Shown: positions 13,182-22,822 of the stretch, one piece after another
Layout: each line of letters opens with the position of its first letter
Position numbering within the stretch: the first letter of the stretch is position 1
Source: Candidatus Omnitrophota bacterium
GTDB taxonomy: Bacteria > Omnitrophota > Gorgyraeia > Zapsychrales > Fredricksoniimonadaceae
Direction of reading: 5' to 3'
DNA length: 64,000 nt
NCBI GenBank assembly: GCA_013287965.1
Contig: JABDCU010000001.1
Coordinates: forward strand, 5,910-69,909
Program-made: the position numbers and the translations under genes
Notes under the pieces: model-generated
Database searches by the model: none
Told to the model about the DNA's origin: nothing
What the model saw: the letters and a program-made list of their open reading frames with translations, nothing else

Positions 13182-14238
13182 GTCTTAGCTGGCCACAGGC
13201 GGCGTTCACGTCTTTGCCTCTCGGCGTGCGGATAGTGGCATGGACACCGCTGTCTTCAAGGCTGTCTCTAAAGGCAGTCATTTCCTTGCCGGTAGGTGTT
13301 TGGTGCCCGAATTCTGAAACAGGATTATAGGGGATAAGGTTCATTTTGCAGATGATCCCTTTAAAAGCTTTTTTCAAACTCGCCACGGCGTGCGGCGTGC
13401 ACGTGACATCCTTAATGAGGATATACTCGAACGTTATCTGCCGGTTGGTTTTGCGGACGTAGTCACGGCAGGCCGCGATCAATTCATCAAACGGGTATTT
13501 TTTATTGACCGGCATGAGCACATCGCGGGAAGGATTATCATACCCGTGCAGGGAAATGGCCAATTCCACCTGCAAGCCCTCTTGGGCCAATTCCCTGATC
13601 TTCGGGACAACTCCGACGGTGGAGATCGTGATATGCCGCGCCCCTATATTAATGCCCTTGTCCGCATTGATGATGCGCACTGCTTTCATCAAATTAATAA
13701 AATTATCCAAAGGCTCCCCCGTTCCCATGAACACGATATTGGTCAACGGCCTCTTATGTTTCAAGGCCTCTTCCTTGACATGCAAAACCTGGGTGACGAT
13801 CTCAGCACAGCTAAGATTTCTCTTCCAGCCGCCGATACCGCTGGCGCAAAACTTGCAGCCGAACTTACAGCCGGCCTGGGTCGAAATACACGCGGTTGTC
13901 CTGGTTGCGGTGGGGATCAGGACACTCTCGATCTTCTCATGGTCATGAAGGTCAAAGAGAAATTTGGTGGTGCCGTCCTCGGAGACCAGCTTTTGGGCGA
14001 TCTCATTGGTTTTAAGGACAAGGTCTTTCTTCAAACGGTCCCTTAATCCTTTAGGGACATTGGTCATCGCGTCAAAACCCCAAGCACCTTTTTGATAGAT
14101 CCACTGGAAGACCTGGTCAGCGCGAAAAGGCTCTGCATCAACAGAGCGCAAGTACGCCGTCAATTCTTCCAAAGACAAATCACGTATATCTGGATGAGGG
14201 GTCACGTTTATGGATTCCCGCTTTCGCGGGAATGACAA
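13168..14238 (-). CDS. rlmN: 23S rRNA (adenine2503-C2)-methyltransferase RlmN (radical SAM). The annotated TTG start lies inside a REP-1 element, so the true start is probably downstream.
   Basis: CKFGCKFCASG radical-SAM CxxxCxxC motif. The RlmN/Cfr family has conserved GTGEP, ISLHG and a C-terminal Cys. The N-terminus MSFPRKRESI is a REP translation. Confidence 0.85.
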   Translation of the reverse strand: MSFPRKRESINVTPHPDIRDLSLEELTAYLRSVDAEPFRADQVFQWIYQKGAWGFDAMTNVPKGLRDRLKKDLVLKTNEIAQKLVSEDGTTKFLFDLHDHEKIESVLIPTATRTTACISTQAGCKFGCKFCASGIGGWKRNLSCAEIVTQVLHVKEEALKHKRPLTNIVFMGTGEPLDNFINLMKAVRIINADKGINIGARHITISTVGVVPKIRELAQEGLQVELAISLHGYDNPSRDVLMPVNKKYPFDELIAACRDYVRKTNRQITFEYILIKDVTCTPHAVASLKKAFKGIICKMNLIPYNPVSEFGHQTPTGKEMTAFRDSLEDSGVHATIRTPRGKDVNAACGQLRHAHQ

Positions 14239-14240
14239 TG
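14211..14240. repeat. REP-1 element copy at the 5' end of rlmN.
   Basis: tggattcccgctttcgcgggaatgacaatg. Confidence 0.85.
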
Positions 14241-14241
14241 T

Positions 14242-15192
14242 TTACTTCTCAACAAACTCCCCGATGTCACGGTATTTTTTGTAGCGGGCGTCTAAAAGCT
14301 CTTTGGGACTTAACGTGGACGCTTTCTTAAAATATTTAATGAGCGCTGCCTTCAAAAGAAGCGCTGATTCCTGCGGCTCCCGGTGGGCGCCGCCCAAAGG
14401 TTCAGGGATGATCTCGTCCACAATATTGAATTTGATCAGGTCTTCCCCGTGCAGCTTCAGGGCTTCCGCGGCTTGCGGGGCTTTTAAAGAAGAGCGCCAA
14501 AGGATGGACGCGCAACCCTCGGGGGAAATGACAGAATAATAGGCGTGCTGTAAAATAAAAACACGGTCAGCCACTCCTATCCCCAGGGCCCCGCCGCTGC
14601 CGCCCTCGCCGATGATCACCGCGGCAATAGGTGTCCTGATGCCGGCCATATCACGCAAATTTTCCGCGATGGCCTGGGCCTGGCCGCGTTCTTCCGCCCC
14701 GATGCCCGGATAGGCGCCCGGCGTGTCGATCAGGCAAATGACCGGCACATGGAATTTTTCCGCCAGGCGCATCAGGCGCATAGCCTTGCGGTAGCCTTCC
14801 GGATGGGCGCAGCCGAAATTGCGCAACACATTTTCTTTGACATCACGGCCCTTCTGGTGGCCGATGACCATCACCTTCTGCCCGTCGATCTTGGCAAAGC
14901 CGCCGATCATGGCCTTGTCATCGGCAAAAAGCCGGTCCCCGTGCAATTCCAGGAATTCATCGGTCATCATGCGGATATAATCAAACGTATAGGGGCGTTT
15001 GGGATGGCGGGCGATCTGGATGCGCTGCCAGGATGTCATCTTGTTATAGACATCGTTTTTGAGTTTCTCGAGCTTGGATTCCAGGCGCTTGATCTCCGGC
15101 TCAAGGGTCACCCGCTTGGAGCCCATTTGGCGCAGGTCATTGATCTTATGTTCAAGCTCGAGGATCGGCTTTTCAAAATCCAGGATGGCCAT
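14242..15192 (-). CDS. accA: Acetyl-CoA carboxylase carboxyltransferase subunit alpha.
   Basis: Strong similarity to AccA along its length (ARHPKRPYTFDYI, DTPGAYPGIGAEERGQ, IGEGGSGGALGIG, SVISPEGCASILW). Confidence 0.92.
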   Translation of the reverse strand: MAILDFEKPILELEHKINDLRQMGSKRVTLEPEIKRLESKLEKLKNDVYNKMTSWQRIQIARHPKRPYTFDYIRMMTDEFLELHGDRLFADDKAMIGGFAKIDGQKVMVIGHQKGRDVKENVLRNFGCAHPEGYRKAMRLMRLAEKFHVPVICLIDTPGAYPGIGAEERGQAQAIAENLRDMAGIRTPIAAVIIGEGGSGGALGIGVADRVFILQHAYYSVISPEGCASILWRSSLKAPQAAEALKLHGEDLIKFNIVDEIIPEPLGGAHREPQESALLLKAALIKYFKKASTLSPKELLDARYKKYRDIGEFVEK

Positions 15193-15194
15193 AG

Positions 15195-16019
15195 TTAGTT
15201 TTGGATGACCACTTTGGTCCCGACGGGAATGATGTCAAAAAGCTCTTCAACATCTGCGTTTTTCAGGCGGACACAGCCGTCTGTCACCTGTTGCCCGATG
15301 CTTTCAGGGTGAAGGGTGCCGTGGATGCCGTAATGCGGGTCTGTATCAAAGCCCATCCACCGGCTGCCCAATTCATTTGCCGGGCTTTCAGAGGGGATAG
15401 GGGCGCCTCCGTTTTTAAACCATACCGGTTTTTCTATCTTGGTGGCGATCTTGAAGGCCCCGACGGGTGTGATATTGTCCCTTCCCGTTGACACATGATA
15501 GATCTTAAGCACCTCTTCGCCGGACTTAAGGAAGAGCACATTTTGTGATTTGTTGATCAGGACATTGAACGGCACCGTCCATATGCGCAGGCGCTCGCCG
15601 GTACGTATCACATCGCTCTTGAGATTGTTGGCTATTTTGATCAGCTGGGGCGTCGTGTTATATTTCCGGGCCAATTTCCCCAGAGAATCTCCGGGGACGA
15701 TCTCGTAAAGGACCGTTTGGGGCATTTGGGCCGGAGAAAAAATAAGGTCAATGTTCAAATTCCCAAGCTTGTCCTGCACCTCTTCGATCTTGTCATAATC
15801 CGGATAATTGCTGATGATCTGATCGTACGCTTCCTTGGCTTTAAGCTTGTCCCCCTCGGCCTCGTATTTGGCCGCTTCAGCCAAAAGCTGGTTAACAGGG
15901 ACGTTTGTTTCGTCAGAGACCCTGGAGGCAACAGCGGCCTTGTGGTGCTGATGCACGACGATACCACCCGCGACCAATACAATGGCCGCTATAATACCGA
16001 TCAAAACTTTCTGGTCCAT
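15195..16019 (-). CDS. LysM domain plus L,D-transpeptidase (YkuD) catalytic domain protein.
   Basis: N-terminal TM anchor. LysM segment YEIVPGDSLGKLARKYNTTPQLIKIANNL. The LDT catalytic motif is HGT...TDGCVRL. Confidence 0.85.
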   Translation of the reverse strand: MDQKVLIGIIAAIVLVAGGIVVHQHHKAAVASRVSDETNVPVNQLLAEAAKYEAEGDKLKAKEAYDQIISNYPDYDKIEEVQDKLGNLNIDLIFSPAQMPQTVLYEIVPGDSLGKLARKYNTTPQLIKIANNLKSDVIRTGERLRIWTVPFNVLINKSQNVLFLKSGEEVLKIYHVSTGRDNITPVGAFKIATKIEKPVWFKNGGAPIPSESPANELGSRWMGFDTDPHYGIHGTLHPESIGQQVTDGCVRLKNADVEELFDIIPVGTKVVIQN

Positions 16020-16028
16020 AACTCTCCT

Positions 16029-16490
16029 TTAATATAAGATCATGGCACAAACTACGCCAAAAGCAAACCCCGCCAGCACTTCGATGGGCGTATGCCCCAC
16101 TAATTCTTTAAGCCTCTGCTCCTGGACCTGGCCTTTCAAGTAAATATCATCCATCATTTTATTAAGGATGGTGGCCTGGTAACCGGTGGCACGGCGCACC
16201 CCTTGGGCATCAAACATCGTCACGATGGCAAAGCTGGCAGCCACGGCAAAAAGGGGTGAGTTAAAACCATATTCCAGTCCCACTGATGTTGCCAAAGCCG
16301 ATACTCCGGCCGCGTGGCTGGAAGGCATGCCGCCGGTACCGATAAGCCAGCGGAAATTAAACTTTTTTTCCTTTAAGACCCCCACAAGGACCTTGATCAG
16401 TTGGGCCAAGACCCAAACAACCAGGGTGATCAAAAGGATCCGGTTTTGAAAGATCTCCGGGAAAAACGAATGTGGATATAGGCCTAGCAT
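16029..16490 (-). CDS. Divergent PAP2 / DUF212 (YuiD-like) membrane protein.
   Basis: GGMPSSHAA and FDAQGVRR motifs of the DUF212 acid-phosphatase-related family. Four TM segments. Confidence 0.75.
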   Translation of the reverse strand: MLGLYPHSFFPEIFQNRILLITLVVWVLAQLIKVLVGVLKEKKFNFRWLIGTGGMPSSHAAGVSALATSVGLEYGFNSPLFAVAASFAIVTMFDAQGVRRATGYQATILNKMMDDIYLKGQVQEQRLKELVGHTPIEVLAGFAFGVVCAMILY

Positions 16491-16649
16491 GAAATATTGA
16501 CGGAAAATCCTCTTTGTGTTAGGCTACATTATAAGCTTGCTCCCCAAAAAAGCAAGTGAAGGTTTAGAACAGCAATTGCGTATCTTGCTTGACCCCCTCA
16601 AGCAAATGTAGTTTGGCCCTTAACTCCCCCTATCGTACTGGATCCTCCT

Positions 16650-18176
16650 ATGTTAGCCCGAATTTCTTCGTTTGGCCTTTGCGGCCTGGAAGCCTATCCT
16701 GTTGCCATTGAAACGGATATAAGCCCCGGACTGCCCGCCATCACCGTGGTGGGCCTTCCGGACAATGCCGTCAAAGAAAGCCGTGAACGCATCCGCGCGG
16801 CCATCAAAAACAGCGGGTATGAATTTCCTCTTCAGAGGATCACGATCAATCTGGCACCCGCGGACACCAAAAAACAAGGGCCTTGTTACGATCTGGCCAT
16901 TGCCTTAAGCGTTTTGGCAGCCCAAGGCCTGATACCCGTTGATGCTTTAAACCCGTATGCTTTTTTAGGAGAACTTTCTTTAGACGGACGCATCCAGCCC
17001 GTGCAGGGTGCCTTGTCTATTGCGCTGAGTGCGGCCTCAAGCCAATGCCGCGGTCTTATTGTTCCTTTTGAAAATGCCAAAGAAGCGGCCCTGGCCGGCT
17101 GCCCGGTTTTTCCTGCCCGGCATTTGAACGAGGTGGTGGCGTTTTTGAATGACCCGCAAACGCTGGCCGCCGTGCAAACAGATCTTGGGCTTTTGGTCAA
17201 AAATTCCCGTCGCAGCCATTTGGATTTTAGCGAAGTAAAAGCCCAGCAATACATTAAACGGGGCCTTGAGGTGGCTGCCGCCGGCGGGCACAATGTGATC
17301 ATCATCGGCGCTCCGGGCAGCGGTAAAACGATGTTAGCCAAGCGCCTGCCCACGATCCTGCCGGACATGACGCTGGCTGAAGTGCTGCAAACCACCCAGA
17401 TCCATTCGGTCGCCGGCCTGCTTAAGAATACTGACGGCATTATCACCCAGCGGCCCTTTAGGGCGCCCCACCACACAGCCTCAGACGTGGCCATTGTCGG
17501 CGGCGGGAGCGGGCCCCGTCTTGGTGAAGTGACCCTCGCGCATAACGGTGTTTTATTTTTGGATGAATTTTTGGAATTCAACCGCCATGTGCTGGAAGTT
17601 TTGCGCCAGCCCCTGGAAGACGGCTATGTCAATGTCGCGCGCTCCAGAGGGAGTGTGCGTTTTCCGACGAGATTTATGCTCATCGCCGCGATGAACCCCT
17701 GCCCGTGCGGCTGGAAGGATGTGCCGGGAAAAATTTGCCGCTGCTCTTGCCTGCAAGTCGAGCGTTACCGGCACAAAATTTCCGGGCCCCTGCTTGACCG
17801 CATTGATATCCACTTGCACGCCCTGCCTTTGAAAACGCGGGAACTTGTTTGTGTTCCTCTGGAAGAAACTTCCGCGGCCATCAAAGAACGCACGACAAAA
17901 GCACGGCAATTGCAATGGCAGAGATTCCAGGGCCTGCCTTGCCTTTGCAATGCCCATATGGAAACATCACACCTGCGTAATTTCTGTGTTTTATCAAAAG
18001 AGGCGAAAGGGATCCTGGTGGGTGCCATGGAAGAGTTGAAATTCTCGGCGAGGGCGCATGACAAGATATTAAAAGTCGCCAGAACGATAAGTGACTTGGC
18101 CGGGAGTGAGACTATTTTGCCCGAGCATATCGCTGAAGCGGTGGGCTACAGATCTTTAGATAGACCGACTTTTTAA
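16650..18176 (+). CDS. comM: YifB/ComM family Mg-chelatase-like AAA+ ATPase.
   Basis: N-terminal Lon-like substrate-binding domain, Walker A IIIGAPGSGKTM, and C-terminal Mg_chelatase_C. Similarity extends over the full length. Confidence 0.92.
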   Translation: MLARISSFGLCGLEAYPVAIETDISPGLPAITVVGLPDNAVKESRERIRAAIKNSGYEFPLQRITINLAPADTKKQGPCYDLAIALSVLAAQGLIPVDALNPYAFLGELSLDGRIQPVQGALSIALSAASSQCRGLIVPFENAKEAALAGCPVFPARHLNEVVAFLNDPQTLAAVQTDLGLLVKNSRRSHLDFSEVKAQQYIKRGLEVAAAGGHNVIIIGAPGSGKTMLAKRLPTILPDMTLAEVLQTTQIHSVAGLLKNTDGIITQRPFRAPHHTASDVAIVGGGSGPRLGEVTLAHNGVLFLDEFLEFNRHVLEVLRQPLEDGYVNVARSRGSVRFPTRFMLIAAMNPCPCGWKDVPGKICRCSCLQVERYRHKISGPLLDRIDIHLHALPLKTRELVCVPLEETSAAIKERTTKARQLQWQRFQGLPCLCNAHMETSHLRNFCVLSKEAKGILVGAMEELKFSARAHDKILKVARTISDLAGSETILPEHIAEAVGYRSLDRPTF

Positions 18177-20407
18177 TTCTGCTTCCCGCATGCTTGCAGT
18201 TTTTGGGTCAAAACACCAACGAGCCGGCCCTGTTCATTAATTTTGTCCAAGGCCTGTTGTAATTTTTCCCGAAGGCGGTCACCTTTAGGCAGGACTTCCC
18301 TCTTGCCGGTCAATGCCCTGATCTGGTCCTGCAAATCACCCTCTCTTACAACGGAACGCTCTTTAAGGCGGGTCACTTCCATGTTTTTATATTTCAGGTC
18401 TTCAGTCTGACGGTCCATTTCCTGCCGGGCCTGTACCAACTGGTCCTTCAGGCTTTTAAATTCCCTGGTCTGGCTCTTGAATTCTTTGGCATACTCATCG
18501 AAATCGGCCTTTATCTGGCTCAACGCCTGGTCTTTCTTGGCCAGCTCGATGGTGGCTTTCTTCAACCCGGTCCTTAAGAAGTTTATCTCGTCGCTGCTTG
18601 GCATGCCGGCAAGCTCTTCGCGGACCAGGGCCAGGTCGGTCTTAAGGCTTGTTATTTCCTTCACCTGCTCGTCATCCATGGCCTGCAGTCCGTTTATCTT
18701 GTCCTGATACCCATTGATCTTCTCGTCCATCGCCTTCTGCTGGGCCATGGCAAGGCTCAGGTCTTTTGCCTGGGTCTCACTGTCCTTCGCATTGGCCCAT
18801 TGCTGCAGATCGTACATGTCCTTTTTAATTTTAACGACCTGCGCTTCTTTCTCCTGCACTTGGGCGTTTAGATCAGCGACTTGGGCTTCCATCCGGGCCT
18901 GATAGTTCTTGAAAAATAATATTTGCCTCAATTGCTCATTGTAGGCACTGTCCCTGGATTCCAGTTTTTTCTGGTAATTGGCCATCATCAAGGTCATCTT
19001 ATCCGACTGGGCAATTTTACTGTCTAATTGCTGTTTTAAGGAATCCGCCTCTTGTTTGACCTCTTGGGCTGACTGGACCTGTGTTTTTAATGAATCTACC
19101 TGCTGGCGCTCTTGGTCCAGCTCGTCTTTCAATGCTTGTATACGATTTTGCATGTCCGCATTCTGGACCTGGTGGTCGGCCAATAATCTTTTGACCTTAT
19201 TCTCAAAAGCCAGGAAATGCCTGTCTAACATGGCATTTTGGTCTGCTTCAAGATCACTTTTCTCATCTAACAAAGCTGTTTCCTGCTGCTGCAGGTCGAT
19301 GAGCTGTCGTGCCAAGTCCATGTTTTCATTCAACCGGACAGAGCTCTTACGGGAATCCTTTTCTTCGTTCGCCTTAGTCTGCAGGATTGCCTGAATATCC
19401 GCCTTCATTTTAGCAATTTGATCTTCTTTCCAGGACATGTGCTGTGCAAAATCTTCCTTAATATCCCGTACTTCTCCCTGGACTTGCTGCAAAGATATCC
19501 GTTCTTCCTGTGAAGTTAGTTTATAATATTCCGCCTTTTCTTTAGCAACGGCCAAGACCTGCCTTAACCAACGGACAGATTCATTGTCATTAGGCTGGAC
19601 AACAACCGGTGGAATTTCCACGGCTCCTGGTGCCGCAGCAACATTACTGCCCCTGGCTTGCAATTCAGTGATCTTATGCTCAAGCTCTTCTTTTAACAGG
19701 TCGATCTGTTCTTGCTTCTTGGCCAGCTGCTGACCATTAGAGGCATTAACAATGACCGGCGGCAGTGCCACCACTCCTGAAACAGGGGATTTAACATTCG
19801 ACTGGATTATCACCGACGGCAATTCCACCGCCCCTGAAGGAGCGCTGAGTTGAACGATGACCGGTGAAAGCGGCATGGGTGCTTTCAATTCATTTTTGGC
19901 CATGACCAGGCTGTCTTTTAGCCGCGCCATCTGTTGGTCTTTTTGGGCCATGATCTCATCGAAATGGGAGATCTTTTGGTCCACTTCACCCAGCCTTTCA
20001 ACGAGCATTTGGATCTTGTCCTGCTGCTCTTGCGCGATTTTTTTGTACCCTTCAATGATCTTCTCTTTTTGGTCTGACGCGCCCAACCCTTCATCTCTGA
20101 GCTTATCGTCCAAAGCCGTCATCTCGTCTTTAAGGTCCGTCAGCATTTGGTATCTCTGCGCGAGCAGACCGCTCTTGCCTTCTAAATATCCCCGGTCTTC
20201 TGTCATGGCATCTGTATCCTCGGTCAAGGTGATCAGATCACCGTAACGCGAAACCCACATTTCGGGCAGGCCATAAGGTTGAACAATGATCGGCGAAACT
20301 TGCATGACCTCGGCGGCCCAACCGGGACCAACAGCAGAAAAGCCGAAACAAATGATCAAAGCACTGATAAAAAAATTCCTATTCATAAACACATCCTTAT
20401 TTGACAT
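18173..20407 (-). CDS. Signal-peptide-bearing long coiled-coil protein (744 aa) with repeated PPVIVQ-type segments. Function unknown.
   Basis: N-terminal signal or TM. Heptad-rich sequence with many E/K/Q/L. Repeats SPIIVQP, SPVIVQLSAPSGAVELPSVIIQSNV, ALPPVIVNA, EIPPVVVQPND. Confidence 0.65.
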   Translation of the reverse strand: MSNKDVFMNRNFFISALIICFGFSAVGPGWAAEVMQVSPIIVQPYGLPEMWVSRYGDLITLTEDTDAMTEDRGYLEGKSGLLAQRYQMLTDLKDEMTALDDKLRDEGLGASDQKEKIIEGYKKIAQEQQDKIQMLVERLGEVDQKISHFDEIMAQKDQQMARLKDSLVMAKNELKAPMPLSPVIVQLSAPSGAVELPSVIIQSNVKSPVSGVVALPPVIVNASNGQQLAKKQEQIDLLKEELEHKITELQARGSNVAAAPGAVEIPPVVVQPNDNESVRWLRQVLAVAKEKAEYYKLTSQEERISLQQVQGEVRDIKEDFAQHMSWKEDQIAKMKADIQAILQTKANEEKDSRKSSVRLNENMDLARQLIDLQQQETALLDEKSDLEADQNAMLDRHFLAFENKVKRLLADHQVQNADMQNRIQALKDELDQERQQVDSLKTQVQSAQEVKQEADSLKQQLDSKIAQSDKMTLMMANYQKKLESRDSAYNEQLRQILFFKNYQARMEAQVADLNAQVQEKEAQVVKIKKDMYDLQQWANAKDSETQAKDLSLAMAQQKAMDEKINGYQDKINGLQAMDDEQVKEITSLKTDLALVREELAGMPSSDEINFLRTGLKKATIELAKKDQALSQIKADFDEYAKEFKSQTREFKSLKDQLVQARQEMDRQTEDLKYKNMEVTRLKERSVVREGDLQDQIRALTGKREVLPKGDRLREKLQQALDKINEQGRLVGVLTQKLQACGKQN

Positions 20408-20759
20408 TATTATATTCGGAATTAAGATTTTCCCGCATCCGCATTATTTGGCCCCGTAATTCTTCTATTGATTTTTTTTCGGCCTCAATGGCTTCCTTCA
20501 AACCAATCGGTTTTTCCACCACCGGCAAATGTCCCATGTCCTTAAGATACTGTAAGGCCTGGACCTGATGGTCATCATAGGTCAAGACGCGGTCAAAAAC
20601 AGCGCGGGCCTCATTAAAATCCCCGCGATCATAAAGTTTCTGGCCATATTGCATCAAGGCATTAACAGTCAAAAATTTCATCCCTTCCATATTATTTTGG
20701 GCAAAAGATGGCCCGGCAATAAACAAGCATAAAGCAAGAATAAAAATAGTTTTTTTCAT
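20397..20759 (-). CDS. Small secreted TPR-like protein.
   Basis: Signal peptide MKKTIFILALCLFIAGPSFA. Helical repeat KLYDRGDFNEARAVFDRVLTYDD. Confidence 0.55.
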   Translation of the reverse strand: MKKTIFILALCLFIAGPSFAQNNMEGMKFLTVNALMQYGQKLYDRGDFNEARAVFDRVLTYDDHQVQALQYLKDMGHLPVVEKPIGLKEAIEAEKKSIEELRGQIMRMRENLNSEYNNVK

Positions 20760-20915
20760 TAGAGTTGTAAGTTATTATATTTCAAATAGTTAAAAAATAC
20801 TGATTAACGCGAAACTGTCGTCTTCCAGAATTAAGATGTTGTCTGGAAAGTATAACATTTCTTAGACAGCGTTGTCAAGGTGAGGAGGTTCCCCTAGGCC
20901 AAATCTTTGGGGGTA

Positions 20916-21482
20916 CTATTGCGGAGCAACTGCTGGAACTGCCGTTAAATTGACTTCTTTAATGACTTTAAAATCATGGTCATATTTTGTGATCTTATTA
21001 GAGGTGACCACAATGATGCCGCCATCAGAAGTGCTGACCACTGATCTATCCGTACCGCCTGATGCCGGTGGTGCTGCTGATTGCTCCTGGGACGGTGCTG
21101 GCGCCGGGCTTGAGGCAGCGGGCGCGGCATTCCCACTGCGCACGCTCATGAACCTTACTAAAGAATCTTGTTCATCCTTGTAATACGGGACAACTGCAGC
21201 GGGCGGACGATTCATGACCGCCCCTACATCAGCAAGGGTCATCTCTACCGCTGCTTCCCGGGGCATTTCCATGGCCTTCCCATCAATAGATGAGATCTCC
21301 CCTAAAAAAAAGGTCTTCGGCGTTCCGCCGACATCCACCATTATGCGCAGTTCTGTGTGTTCAATGATATTCCCTGTTATTCTTTCACCTGAATTAAGGA
21401 CAAGCGTTGTTGCATCTGCCATAGGTGACACCCAAAGGCTTATCATTAATACGGCCAGGTATCCAAACAATGCTTTAAGCAC
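20916..21482 (-). CDS. Hypothetical secreted protein with an Ala/Pro/Ser-rich linker.
   Basis: ORF with N-terminal signal peptide. No recognisable domain. Confidence 0.45.
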   Translation of the reverse strand: MLKALFGYLAVLMISLWVSPMADATTLVLNSGERITGNIIEHTELRIMVDVGGTPKTFFLGEISSIDGKAMEMPREAAVEMTLADVGAVMNRPPAAVVPYYKDEQDSLVRFMSVRSGNAAPAASSPAPAPSQEQSAAPPASGGTDRSVVSTSDGGIIVVTSNKITKYDHDFKVIKEVNLTAVPAVAPQ

Positions 21483-21567
21483 AACTCCCCCTTATTTTAA
21501 AACTCAGCCAAGTCCTTCCAATTAAAATAAATCTAATTTCGTCAACAGTCAACAGATGTTTGGAAAA

Positions 21568-22749
21568 TCAGGAGTGAGGCAGCATGCTGACAATGCCCGT
21601 CGCGAAGATCAAAGCAATAAAAAACCAATAAATGAACCTGTTGAATCCTTTCAAAGAAAAATTGCCCATCAATTTCTTGTTTGAAGCGATCACGCCCAGT
21701 ATGACCGCGGGCGCTATCAGCACAATGATCTGCAGGACCATCAAGTTCAGGGCGAGTTTTATAAGGTTAAATGAAAAAAGCGGGATCAGCACGGCGGGGA
21801 TCGATTCAATAAGATATACCTTAAACCAGTGCTTTTTCCCCCATCCCATGGCTTCTGTGACACCCCAACAACTTCCGAGAGAAATAACGATGAGCGCGAT
21901 AAAAGACGCTGTGATAAGGCCAACGCCAAAGACATACGGAGCGAAATGCCCTGCTACTGATGACAGGCTTTGTGAAAGGACCTTCGGGGACGTAAAATCC
22001 AAAGAGTTAGCACTTATTCCAATGGCAGATACCGCGATGGCCACCATGATCAATTCGGAAAATATCGCGCCTATCAAGGTCTCGAATCTCACGGCCCACA
22101 CGCTTGAACTGTCTGTCCCCTTTTCCACTGTCGCGGAGACCTGATAGAACAACATAAAAGGCATGATGACCGCCCCGATATTGGCGGCAAGCATGAAAAT
22201 AAAGTCTGGGGACGTGGAAAAATAAAACGGTACGACCACGATCCCATGCCGCGCCGTCAGGAAGGCGGCCACGATCCATACAACGGCGAAAATAAGAGAG
22301 CAAATAAGCAAGGGCTTTTCCGCCTCCGCGTATTTCCTGTTGTACACCACGACCACATGGGCCAAAAACGCGATCGGCACGGAGATCCAGGGCGATACCC
22401 CCATCATCTGAAAGCCGACGGCGATCCCGGTATACTCGACGATATAGCTGATGATGTCCACCAGGGCCATCGGTATGGCGGCCAGCACCGCGATGTGCCT
22501 GCTGTAATTTTCCCTGATCAGTTCGCCCAATCCCTTGCCTGTGACAGCACCCACCCGGCCTGCTACTTCCTGGATGACATATAAGGGAATGACCAACAGC
22601 ATTAAAAACCAGACAAGCTTTGTCCCGTACTGCGCCCCGGTGTCAGCAGCCGTGATGGCGCTGGCCGCGTCAACATCAGCGATCATGACGAGCCACGCGG
22701 GCCCCCATGTGCTGATGATCTTCCCCACTTTTCCTTTTAATCGCTTCAT
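21568..22749 (-). CDS. NRAMP-related divalent-metal transporter family membrane protein.
   Basis: GPAWLVMIADVDAASAITAADTGAQYGTKLVWFLML resembles the Nramp TM1 (GPGxLvsiAyiDPGNiaTdlqaGAqfGY.LLWvlL). There are 10-11 TM helices. Confidence 0.65.
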   Translation of the reverse strand: MKRLKGKVGKIISTWGPAWLVMIADVDAASAITAADTGAQYGTKLVWFLMLLVIPLYVIQEVAGRVGAVTGKGLGELIRENYSRHIAVLAAIPMALVDIISYIVEYTGIAVGFQMMGVSPWISVPIAFLAHVVVVYNRKYAEAEKPLLICSLIFAVVWIVAAFLTARHGIVVVPFYFSTSPDFIFMLAANIGAVIMPFMLFYQVSATVEKGTDSSSVWAVRFETLIGAIFSELIMVAIAVSAIGISANSLDFTSPKVLSQSLSSVAGHFAPYVFGVGLITASFIALIVISLGSCWGVTEAMGWGKKHWFKVYLIESIPAVLIPLFSFNLIKLALNLMVLQIIVLIAPAVILGVIASNKKLMGNFSLKGFNRFIYWFFIALIFATGIVSMLPHS

Positions 22750-22822
22750 TAAAACTACCTTCTATGTTATTTCTAGAGATGTGCCGTTTCCCAAAAATCA
22801 TATTAGAAAAACGGCGTTCATA

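Noticed and set aside
13390-14046. Plus-strand ORFs 13390..14046 and 13505..13948 inside rlmN.
   Set aside because: They are antisense to a well-supported radical-SAM gene, with no homology signals.
16886-17581. A 231-aa minus-strand ORF overlapping comM.
   Set aside because: It lies entirely within and antisense to the strongly supported comM/yifB gene. It has a basic/Pro-rich composition and no domain.
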